A stretch of 64,000 nt of DNA, taken from the IMG/VR virus record IMGVR_UViG_3300029342_000002. The stretch is one strand, 5' to 3'. Each line of letters starts with the position of its first letter. The stretch's first letter is position 1. The translations under genes and the position numbers were made by a program. The stretch comes from a virus. This document shows, piece after piece, positions 36,965 through 44,448 of this stretch. Under the pieces are notes generated by a model. It was not told the DNA's origin, did no database searches, and saw only the letters and a list, made by a program, of their open reading frames with translations.

Positions 36965-37591
36965 TTAAATAGCCGAGATAAACTTGATGCCGTACCGCCT
37001 GGAGAAATACTCTTCGTTGGGTGTGCGGCGTGTCTGTTCGTCGTAATGGAGTGTAAGACGGTCGGTTTCGCTTCGGAAATAGTTGTGTAGAGTGACGAGG
37101 CGCCGTATGCTGTTGCTTGTCTTTTTCGGCAATATTGATATCCGGAGCTTGGTCTGCTGACGCATGCCTGACATTATGCGGAACCTCTCCATGCGCATTG
37201 TCTTTCTGCGCTTGGCGGAGCGCTTGCTGATGATTTCGGGTGTATTGAGGTGTTCCGTCTTAATATTCTTGTATCTCTCCTTTCTCCTTTCTATTGTCTC
37301 GGGGGTGTGCTTGAGTTTCAGTTGTCTGGCCCATTGCCGTATGGTGGACTGTGGAACGCCGAACTTCTCCTCGAGTTCACGCGGGAGCATGTCGGGATAG
37401 TTCTGGATGATGACAGGCTTCAGACGGCTGCTTCGGCACAGAGGCGCTTCCGCCGTGACTATCCCGCTGAGAATGCGCGATACCGAACCCGACGAGATGT
37501 GGACTTTTTCGGCGATTTGCCGGTGTAAGAGTGTCCCTCTCAGACTGAGCACTTCGTCAATCTGCTGTTGCGTGATACGATGTCTTGTCAT
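36965..37591 (-). CDS. DNA-binding regulator with two HTH-like segments
   Basis: ATG at 37591. Contains LLHRQIAEKVHISSGSVSRIL and LEEKFGVPQSTIRQWARQL. Confidence 0.55.
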   Translation of the reverse strand: MTRHRITQQQIDEVLSLRGTLLHRQIAEKVHISSGSVSRILSGIVTAEAPLCRSSRLKPVIIQNYPDMLPRELEEKFGVPQSTIRQWARQLKLKHTPETIERRKERYKNIKTEHLNTPEIISKRSAKRRKTMRMERFRIMSGMRQQTKLRISILPKKTSNSIRRLVTLHNYFRSETDRLTLHYDEQTRRTPNEEYFSRRYGIKFISAI

Positions 37592-37842
37592 AAAGCACGT
37601 ATGTAGTTGGGGTTCTTGACGAGTCGGGCGTAAGCTTCGATTCCGAAGCGCTGCCACATTCCGTTGGAGAACTGTACGATGTAATCGCCTGCATTGGCCC
37701 GAAGGGAGCCGTTGGTGAGGTCCTTGGAGAGGACCACGACGAGTCCGTCGCCGTGGTCAGCCACAGCTACGACACAGGGCAGGGCGAGAAGCCTGTCCGT
37801 GTTGGCTTTGGTGACGTGTATGGAATCAATGACTTTTACCAT
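37588..37842 (-). CDS. hypothetical protein
   Basis: ATG at 37842 (MVKVIDSIHV...). ATGA overlap with the next gene. Confidence 0.5.
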   Translation of the reverse strand: MVKVIDSIHVTKANTDRLLALPCVVAVADHGDGLVVVLSKDLTNGSLRANAGDYIVQFSNGMWQRFGIEAYARLVKNPNYIRAL

Positions 37843-37870
37843 TGTGTATATCGTTTTAGTGGGTTCGTAA

Positions 37871-37903
37871 ATAAAAATCGGGTGCGACTCGCGCCGGACC
37901 CGA
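37871..37903 (-). terminator. hairpin plus T-run terminator candidate
   Basis: On the minus strand TCGGGT pairs with ACCCGA (37878-37903), followed by TTTTTAT. Confidence 0.45.
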
Positions 37904-38040
37904 CTAAGAAAGCTCTTTTGAATGAAAACAAAAATGCGTGTGGTGCGCCCTCGCTTGGGCAGCAAGTTGAATTAAAAATTTTTATGGAAAAAATCTTCTA
38001 ACAATTAATATCAATTTTATATTTATAACATTATGACGAG

Positions 38041-38104
38041 AAGGAGAGGCGGGACTCAAACCCGCATTCTTTGGTTATTGTACTGTCAGTTGTACGACTC
38101 TCCC
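38041..38104 (-). ncRNA. tRNA-like element lacking a normal anticodon arm
   Basis: Minus strand: GGGAGAG-TC-GTAC-AACTGACA-GTAC-(14 nt)-GCGGG-TTTGAGT-CCCGC-CTCTCCT-T. It has a 7-bp acceptor (one G-U), a 4-bp hairpin and a T-arm. Only 64 nt in total. Confidence 0.4.
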
Positions 38105-38245
38105 TATCCAACATATTATTTAAAAAAACGACAAAGAATTGCTGTTTTATACCGATTATGTATGGATTTGTGTGTGTGTGCTGTTTTATAGATCTCAGCA
38201 ATCTTGCCAGTGTCACGGGACGTCTGGCAGCCCGCTGCATTTCGT

Positions 38246-38258
38246 TTCTCTCCGCCTG
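38246..38258 (+). repeat. 13-nt copy of the tRNA-Ser 3' end/att core
   Basis: TTCTCTCCGCCTG is identical to 39982-39994. Confidence 0.4.
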
Positions 38259-38424
38259 CGCCAACATGGAGTGTGGCGTGGTTCGTTTGACGGTACTCGG
38301 AAGATGCGTTAGTGGGTCTTTCGTGGCGTGCGTTCCTTCATGGGTCGCGGCGTCCAAAACGCTGCCATTACTACTTTTACACGCTCACTGTATGTAACCA
38401 ATAAGTCAAAGAACAACAAGAAAA

Positions 38425-38521
38425 TGGTCGGCAGACGAGGAATCGAACCTCGCGGACTGGCTGTCAAGGGAATGAGATGGAAAGTGAATGTATTCAGCCT
38501 AATCCGCCGCCTGCTCTGCCG
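38425..38521 (-). ncRNA. tRNA-like element with encoded CCA and a 62-nt insert in place of the D and anticodon arms
   Basis: Minus strand: CGGCAGA-(62 nt)-CGAGG-TTCGATT-CCTCG-TCTGCCG-A-CCA. The 7-bp acceptor is perfect and the T-loop canonical. I could not build a D-arm or anticodon arm by hand. Confidence 0.45.
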
Positions 38522-38695
38522 TAAACTGGCGATTCTCACGAAGGGCCAGATCAATTCATGTCTTAAAATTTTTCACCTTGTTTCGCTAAACAAAGATTTG
38601 AAGAACGATAAATATCAACTTCTCAATTTTCAAAAAACTACTACCTAACCTAACAATCTCAAAATGAGAAAAATATATGAGTATGATCTGTGTTT

Positions 38696-38893
38696 CTAAT
38701 ACACTCGGTTTGCTGCGATGAGTCGGTCGATGTCGCGTTTGCGATAGAACACGGTCTTTCCGACTTTGGAGTAGGGAAGCTGTCCGTTGGCTCTGAGACT
38801 CTTGAAGAACTCCACCCCGACACCGAGGTATGCCTGCGCCTCCTTGTTGGATAGCCATATCTTTTCGATGGCTGTGACTGTCGCCTGTTTCAT
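38696..38893 (-). CDS. excisionase-family HTH protein
   Basis: IWLSNKEAQAYLGVGVEFFKSLRANGQLPYSKVGKTVFYRKRDIDRLI is typical of the excisionase/MerR-type HTH_17 pattern. Confidence 0.65.
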   Translation of the reverse strand: MKQATVTAIEKIWLSNKEAQAYLGVGVEFFKSLRANGQLPYSKVGKTVFYRKRDIDRLIAANRVY

Positions 38894-38943
38894 AATCTTT
38901 CTTGCTTTAAGTTTGGTTTATGTTGTGGCGGCAGTACCGCCGA

Positions 38944-39117
38944 TTACCATCGCTTGACGTACCCGAGTTCGTGTGCTCGTTTGCGTATGAGGTTCTGGAT
39001 GTCCGTGTCGGCGTCCCAAAGTAGGGCGCGTCGGACTGTCGCTACTCCGACTCCGCAGTCTTGCGCCAGCTTGACTTGGCATCCTCGTCGAAGTTTTATG
39101 GGTTTTCGCTTTGCCAT
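38944..39117 (-). CDS. Cro-like small HTH protein (57 aa)
   Basis: Hand-translated as MAKRKPIKLRRGCQVKLAQDCGVGVATVRRALLWDADTDIQNLIRKRAHELGYVKRW. Divergent from the CI-like gene. Preferred over the plus-strand ORF 38954-39148. Confidence 0.5.
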   Translation of the reverse strand: MAKRKPIKLRRGCQVKLAQDCGVGVATVRRALLWDADTDIQNLIRKRAHELGYVKRW

Positions 39118-39332
39118 TTGGATTTATTTCGTTATATTTGCATATTAAACATATAATGAGCGTTTAGCGAGCTGTTGGGTTTGTTTCGCTTGCGCTCTGT
39201 CAACGATTGCAAAGGTACAAAAAGTCAATAAAATATCAATACTAAATCAAGTTTAAAGTTGATTTATTTACATTTTTTGCATTTATAGTTGACTTAATAT
39301 TGATTTATAAACACTCGTTAACATATACAACT

Positions 39333-39851
39333 ATGGATGGAAAGATTACTTCAGTTGACTACGCTGTATCGGAAAGAATGAGGCTATTTATGTCGCACTC
39401 TGGTTACACCCAAGCTGCTATTGCCGAAGCGTGCAATGTTGACGTATCAACATTGAGCCGATGTATGAACAACAAAAAGCCGTGGTCAAGCAAAATGCTA
39501 CAAAAGATTGGTTCGGCTTTCAATGTTGCCTTCCTTTGGCTGCGTGATGGTGTAGGCAAAATGATAGCCGAGGAGAAAGCCATCGGCAAGGCGCAGTTTG
39601 CTGCCTTCAGCCAGATGCTCGACGCGAATACAAGCCCTGTGTCGCAGAATATCATCAGCGGCGATAACTATCAAGGCACGCAGACGATAAACGACACAGA
39701 GGGCGAAATAGTGGCATTGAGGCAGAAAGTGGAACTGTTGAAGCGTCTGCTTGACGAGAAGGACAAATTGCTTGAGGAGAAAGACAAGCTGATAAAAGAA
39801 AAAGACAAGCAGATAGACCTTATGTATATTCTTATCAACGACAAGAAGTAA
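39333..39851 (+). CDS. CI-like repressor (XRE-type HTH plus C-terminal leucine-zipper coiled coil)
   Basis: ATG at 39333. Contains GYTQAAIAEACNVDVSTLSRCMNNKK and C-terminal LLKRLLDEKDKLLEEKDKLIKEKDKQIDL. Confidence 0.65.
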   Translation: MDGKITSVDYAVSERMRLFMSHSGYTQAAIAEACNVDVSTLSRCMNNKKPWSSKMLQKIGSAFNVAFLWLRDGVGKMIAEEKAIGKAQFAAFSQMLDANTSPVSQNIISGDNYQGTQTINDTEGEIVALRQKVELLKRLLDEKDKLLEEKDKLIKEKDKQIDLMYILINDKK

Positions 39852-39931
39852 AATAGTGGTAAAGGTAGTGGACTTTGTAAAATAAAGAACCGCAAACAAA
39901 TAGTAATCAAGAAGTTACAGAAATAACAAAT

Positions 39932-39990
39932 CGCCTGGAAAGCGTGTAGGCGTCAAAAGCGTCTCGCAGGTTCGAATCCTGTTCTCTCCG
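39932..39990 (+). other. 3' two-thirds of a tRNA-Ser(GGA) gene (no 5' half): putative att core
   Basis: Anticodon loop CTGGAAA (GGA at 39937-39939), a long variable arm (AGGCG-TCAAAAG-CGTCT), T-arm GCAGG-TTCGAAT-CCTGT, acceptor strand TCTCTCC and discriminator G. No GGAGAGA 5' strand or D-arm lies upstream. An integrase gene starts 160 nt downstream. Confidence 0.7.
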
Positions 39991-39991
39991 C

Positions 39992-40011
39992 CTGATAATC
40001 AGTGAGTTACG
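39992..40011 (+). repeat. 20-bp direct repeat, copy 1
   Basis: CTGATAATCAGTGAGTTACG. Copy 2 at 41898-41917 differs at one position. Confidence 0.8.
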
Positions 40012-40149
40012 CAATTAAGACGATTCCTGTGGGATCGTCTTATTTTCGTTTTAGGCGGTTTGAAATGGTGTTTTTAGGCGGTTTTGAGGGGTTTTGGTGG
40101 ACTTATTGGTGGACTTTTTTAGTGGACTTTTAATCAAAAACCGATTGTT

Positions 40150-41334
40150 ATGAGGTATTTTATCAGTACTAAGGAGAGTAAAAGGAACGAGAGCGGGATG
40201 ATTCCCGTATCGGTGGTGTTCCGTCACGAGGGTAGGGAGTTTGCTGCTTCAACTGGCATAGCGGTGAAGTACGCAATGAACGGCATGGTGTTCTCGGCAG
40301 AGGAGCCTAATCTGAAAGCCAAGACAAGGAGGCTTATGTGTATCATGGACGAGGTGGATAGGTATGTCCTTGAGCACGTGGATTCGGATTATGAGCGGAT
40401 GAAGGAGGATTTGCGCTGCATCGTTACGGGCAAGGACCCGAGGGAAAAGAGGTCGCTTGCAAGTTTTGTGCGTGAGTTTGCCGAACTGAAGAGTGGGAGT
40501 ACAAGGAAAATATATCTCAGGACGGCGGCGTTGATTGAAGGCTATGCGCCTGAGGCGACGTTCGGTTCTGTGAACGGCTCGTGGCTTGACGGCTTCGTGC
40601 GGTCTATTGGCGAGAATGCAAGCGTGAACTATGCTGCCATCAACCTGAGGAATATACGTGCGGTGTTTAACTGGGCGATAGACAACGAATGGACATCGTG
40701 CTATCCGTTCAGACGCTACAAGATAAAGTCGGAGAAGGTGGCAATCAACAATATCTCGCTGGAGCAGCTGAGGGCGGTGCGTGACTTTCCTCTTGATGAC
40801 TGGCGTCGGATTTACCGGGACTTATTCATGTTGTCGTTCTATCTGTGCGGCATCAATCCTGCGGACTTGCTGCGATTGAAGGCGTCGGATATGAAAAACG
40901 GGCGTATTCGCTACAAACGGGCGAAGACAGGGCATTTGTTTGACATTCCAGTACCGAAGCCCGCTGAGGATATTATAAGCCGCTGGAGGGGCAGGAAATG
41001 GCTTCTATGCCCTCTTGACAACTATTCCGACTACAGGGGCTTTTATTGTCACTGGAATGCTGCTCTGAAGAAAATCGGCAGTCTAGAGCTTGCCCCGGAC
41101 AAGTCGGGTGGGTTGCGCAAGAAGGTCTGGCGTCCGATTGTGGAGGGTCTGACGACGTACACGGCTCGTTATACGTTTGCGAGCATCGCCGCGGAACTTG
41201 AGATTCCGCGTGAGACTATAGCTCTTTGTCTCGGTCATTCGTGGGCTGATGTGACGAGCCACTACATCGCCTATGACACTAAGCGCATAGATGATGCGGT
41301 GGCTCGGATTGTGGCTTACGTGGAGGGGAGCTGA
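40150..41334 (+). CDS. int: tyrosine recombinase / phage integrase
   Basis: C-terminal catalytic blocks (TYTARYTFASIAA, LCLGHSWADVTSHYIAY). 394 aa. Adjacent to the tRNA fragment. Confidence 0.8.
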   Translation: MRYFISTKESKRNESGMIPVSVVFRHEGREFAASTGIAVKYAMNGMVFSAEEPNLKAKTRRLMCIMDEVDRYVLEHVDSDYERMKEDLRCIVTGKDPREKRSLASFVREFAELKSGSTRKIYLRTAALIEGYAPEATFGSVNGSWLDGFVRSIGENASVNYAAINLRNIRAVFNWAIDNEWTSCYPFRRYKIKSEKVAINNISLEQLRAVRDFPLDDWRRIYRDLFMLSFYLCGINPADLLRLKASDMKNGRIRYKRAKTGHLFDIPVPKPAEDIISRWRGRKWLLCPLDNYSDYRGFYCHWNAALKKIGSLELAPDKSGGLRKKVWRPIVEGLTTYTARYTFASIAAELEIPRETIALCLGHSWADVTSHYIAYDTKRIDDAVARIVAYVEGS

Positions 41335-41699
41335 GGGTTGTCAAGCTCGATACTGACGTAGATTTGGCAGAAATCGTAGGCGAACTGCTTGAGTGGTTTG
41401 CCTGCGGCTTCTGCCTTTCTCGTTTCCTCGCTGAGAGTTTCGAGGTCGGGTGGCGGGAGCTGCGGCTGAGGGGTCAGCTGTAAGGCTTCGTCGTCGAAAC
41501 GGAGTGAGATGCGGATGAACTCGCGTTGGAGGTCGTCGTAGGATGTGATGTCGCCGGCTGCTGCTGCGTAGAGCGCTTCCATCGCGAGCTTGTCATACTT
41601 GCTGCGCAATGCTGCCATCTGCTTGGCTTCCGGCGGAAGATAGCTATGCAGCTCCTCGGCTCTGGCCTTGAGATTCTGTAGGTGTTCTTCGTTGTCCAT
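41316..41699 (-). CDS. hypothetical protein
   Basis: ATG at 41699 (MDNEEHLQNLK...). Convergent with int and overlaps it by 19 nt. Confidence 0.5.
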   Translation of the reverse strand: MDNEEHLQNLKARAEELHSYLPPEAKQMAALRSKYDKLAMEALYAAAAGDITSYDDLQREFIRISLRFDDEALQLTPQPQLPPPDLETLSEETRKAEAAGKPLKQFAYDFCQIYVSIELDNPQLPST

Positions 41700-41897
41700 A
41701 TCTGTTTTGCTGTTTAAAAAAAATAAAAAATTGACACACACGCTTCACAGCTCTCGCGTGCGAGAGTGTGAGTATATAGATGTTATGTATAGCTATTAGG
41801 ATATATGAATGTATATGAATATATACTAATAGCTATATATAATATCTATATATATATAGTGCAATCGCATGCAATCGCATAGGCATAATCGGACGTA

Positions 41898-41917
41898 CTG
41901 ATAATCAATGAGTTACG
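41898..41917 (+). repeat. 20-bp direct repeat, copy 2
   Basis: CTGATAATCAATGAGTTACG. Confidence 0.8.
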
Positions 41918-41996
41918 ACGATGGAAATACGTCGGGAAATACGTCGGATTATGCGATTTATGCGATCGCATTTTTCGCATGTTTTCGGAGGTGTTT

Positions 41997-43031
41997 TTAC
42001 TGGTCTTCGGGATAGTCTTTTCCGACCGCATGGAGGGCGTTCATTTCGCGTTCGGCGCGTTCTGCTCCGGGGAGCTGGAAGGCTGCGAATGTCTCGGGTG
42101 AGAGTCCGATTTCTCGGACGATGTACCGCTGCGTCATGGAGATGTTGGGGACGTTGCCTGACATGTGTCCCATGCAGAGGGCTATCTGTTCGATGGGGAT
42201 GCCTTTGATCGCGAGGTTGGTGGCGAAGGAGCGGCGACCGGTGTGTGAGGAGACGAACTCCCACTTGTGTCCTCTCTGCGTGCGTCCTGCGCGGAAGACC
42301 TTGGTGATGGTGTCTATTCCGCATGCCCGGCAGATGTCGCGTATGTTGTCGTTGTAGCACCTTACGGAGATTTCTCTCGGCTCGGTGGGGGAGGTCCGTT
42401 GCAGATAGATGCGCAGCCACGGATGGATGGGGACCTTGACGACGGTCTTGGTCTTGTGCGAGACGTATGTGATGATGCGTCCGTCCTCGCTGATGTTGTC
42501 CGGCGAGAGTGTGAGGCAGTCGGAGAGGCGTGCTCCGCACAGGCATTCGAGCATGAAGATGCGCTTGGCGTGCTTGGCTGCTTTGGTGCGTGGCGTGAAC
42601 TCGTGGATGCGCCGTATCTCGTCGTCGGTGAGCGCTACGGACTGCGACGGGACTTTCTTTGTGCGCAGGACTGTCCCGAAATTGAGTGACGGGACGGGCT
42701 TGGAGGAGTTTTCGCGTATGATGGCGTTGACTTCGGCGAAGATGGTCTTCGCTGAGTTTGGCGCGTATGATGACGCTATCTCCTCTCGGAAGTCCTGAAG
42801 GTTGTCGTCGGTGAGGTCTTCCCACATGGGCGGGCGTCCGACTATGCCCTTGAAGATGTTGACCACCTTTACTCGTCCCGGATGTTTCCATATCCAGGCT
42901 CCGTAGAAGGTGTGGCGCCAGGGATAGCCGTCGTATGTGGCGAAATAGCCTTGTCGGATGGCATTGGCGTACTTTTCCTGCTGTTCGGGAGTGAGCATCT
43001 CCTGCCAGCGTCTTGTCTTGAGTTGTGTCAT
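41997..43031 (-). CDS. second tyrosine recombinase
   Basis: GARLSDCLTL, SSHTGRRSFATNLAIKGIPIEQIALCMGH and MTQRYI correspond to the R..HxxR..Y catalytic blocks. 344 aa. Confidence 0.8.
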   Translation of the reverse strand: MTQLKTRRWQEMLTPEQQEKYANAIRQGYFATYDGYPWRHTFYGAWIWKHPGRVKVVNIFKGIVGRPPMWEDLTDDNLQDFREEIASSYAPNSAKTIFAEVNAIIRENSSKPVPSLNFGTVLRTKKVPSQSVALTDDEIRRIHEFTPRTKAAKHAKRIFMLECLCGARLSDCLTLSPDNISEDGRIITYVSHKTKTVVKVPIHPWLRIYLQRTSPTEPREISVRCYNDNIRDICRACGIDTITKVFRAGRTQRGHKWEFVSSHTGRRSFATNLAIKGIPIEQIALCMGHMSGNVPNISMTQRYIVREIGLSPETFAAFQLPGAERAEREMNALHAVGKDYPEDQ

Positions 43032-43172
43032 AATATGATGGATTAAGACTTCCTCATCTCTTTCCCTTTTGCAAAGGTATAATATTATAATATAATATGG
43101 ATGAGGAATGGATGGTTTAACTTGGTTTTAACATTGTGCGCATCTGGATGTGCTTTTTGGCATTAAACGGAA

Positions 43173-43213
43173 AATCCGCAATAAGGGACTTTTTGTGTCG
43201 GTTATTGCGGATT
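43173..43213 (-). terminator. hairpin terminator candidate downstream of the lipoprotein gene
   Basis: AATCCGCAATA pairs with TATTGCGGATT (11 bp), followed on the minus strand by a T-rich stretch. Confidence 0.45.
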
Positions 43214-43227
43214 CATTGGAATACGAT

Positions 43228-43827
43228 TTACTGGTTGTAAAACAGATTTTTGAGATGATATTTTTCTACGATGCTGTCTTGTAGAGCAACAAAGACACGC
43301 ATGGAATAAGTATCGTTTCCCCAACCTGGAGCAGCCTCAGACTTGGTTATGGTGAGAGAAACCGTTTTTGTAGGAGATTCCCATGTGTATTCTTGAGATT
43401 TCCTCTTAAACAGCTTCTGGTCGTCTTCTTCCGGTGAACCTACAGTCATTTTGTACTGGCGGGCAGACATGTACTTGAAGAATTTGGTTACATCGGACTG
43501 AAAAGCGTCTTTGTTGGCATAAGGATCGCTGATGTACGACAAGCTGTTGACACGACCATCCTTATGGCGTATTAAAGCCTGACATTTAAAGGCTATACCT
43601 GCAAATGTGTTGTCAGTAAGCAGATAGAAGTTTTCGTAGTCTATCTCTGGTACTGCCAATCCTTTCTTCACAAGATTAAGGACGGTGTCTCCCATCTGGA
43701 TTTTTTCATTCAGGTAAAGACTACTGTCTGCTTTTGGGAGGTTCTCGGCTTTTGATGGATTTCCTTCACAAGAGAACGACAGGGCAACAATGGCGAGCGG
43801 AATAAATGGAAGCTTTTTTGATTTCAT
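43228..43827 (-). CDS. lipoprotein
   Basis: MKSKKLPFIPLAIVALSFSCEG is a signal peptide with a lipobox Cys. Confidence 0.65.
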   Translation of the reverse strand: MKSKKLPFIPLAIVALSFSCEGNPSKAENLPKADSSLYLNEKIQMGDTVLNLVKKGLAVPEIDYENFYLLTDNTFAGIAFKCQALIRHKDGRVNSLSYISDPYANKDAFQSDVTKFFKYMSARQYKMTVGSPEEDDQKLFKRKSQEYTWESPTKTVSLTITKSEAAPGWGNDTYSMRVFVALQDSIVEKYHLKNLFYNQ

Positions 43828-43940
43828 AATTTTAAGATGATAATTGTTAAAAGTGTGGCCTCTGTAATTTCAAGATAGGTTGTTCTTTGCGCGAGACTAC
43901 AAAATATTTAAGAGAGGAAGTTTGCATAATAGTTGTAAGT

Positions 43941-44010
43941 GGCTCAGGTGGGCCTTACTGGGCCTATCTGAGCCTCTTTAGGTGATGGGCCTCGCTGGGC
44001 CTCTTTATCT
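43941..44010 (+). repeat. 10-bp phased GCCT repeat array (locus 4 of 5, longest)
   Basis: GGCTCAGGTG GGCCTTACTG GGCCTATCTG AGCCTCTTTA GGTGATG GGCCTCGCTG GGCCTCTTTA. Confidence 0.6.
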
Positions 44011-44373
44011 GATGTGGTCGGCTATGCGGAGGACCTTGTACTTGCGGTGGAGGTCGGCAATCTCGTCGCGGAGCTGTTCGATCGTGCGCTTCAATCCGGC
44101 GTTTGTGGCATCTCTGCGCTCGATTTCGGCATGGAGGGACTTGACGGTGTTCTGTAGTTTGCCGATGCGGTAATTGAGCATATTGTTATCGCTCTTCGCT
44201 TTTTCTGCCTGTCTTTGTAACTCGGCTTCGCCTGTATTGCTCTTTCGGAGGGTGTCGTTCTCTTTGCGAAGCATGCAGATGAGGTCGAGGAGCTTCTGGT
44301 AGTTGCGTAGGATGTGGAGCATCTGATGCTCGAATGGTACGTCTTCGTTGGTTTTGTTTTGTGGTCTAAACAT
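44005..44373 (-). CDS. coiled-coil protein
   Basis: 122 aa with heptad-like, L/E/K/R-rich sequence. Confidence 0.55.
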   Translation of the reverse strand: MFRPQNKTNEDVPFEHQMLHILRNYQKLLDLICMLRKENDTLRKSNTGEAELQRQAEKAKSDNNMLNYRIGKLQNTVKSLHAEIERRDATNAGLKRTIEQLRDEIADLHRKYKVLRIADHIR

Positions 44374-44448
44374 CTTTTGACTTGACCGTGATGTCGAGGG
44401 CTTGGTTAATGGTGCCAGGGCGAGCCTGGCGGTTTTAGACGGGACGGG

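Noticed and set aside
38031-38554. Calling the tRNA-like sequences ordinary tRNA genes, or calling the overlapping 81-108-aa ORFs genes
   Set aside because: I could not build canonical D and anticodon arms for any of them by hand. The overlapping ORFs on both strands have implausible compositions and no operon context.
38954-39148. Plus-strand 64-aa ORF in the switch region
   Set aside because: The minus-strand 57-aa ORF at the same place has a clear HTH (CGVGVATVRRAL), an ATG start and divergent geometry with the repressor. The plus-strand product is Arg/Ser/Cys-rich with no features.
41905-42891. 328-aa ORF (R/H/P/T-rich) and other long ORFs overlapping real genes in another frame or on the opposite strand (e.g. 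50578-51543, 8949-9650, 1664-2275, 44473-45039, 62258-62926)
   Set aside because: They overlap genes with recognisable domains or operon logic in another frame or on the opposite strand, and their low-complexity, biased composition is typical of shadow frames.
43051-43111. 9-bp inverted repeat TTCCTCATC / GATGAGGAA around a TTTG..TATAAT-like stretch upstream of the second integrase, as a defined promoter/operator
   Set aside because: The geometry relative to the minus-strand start (43031) is ambiguous and I could not match the Bacteroidetes -33/-7 spacing. It is noted here only, not called as a feature.
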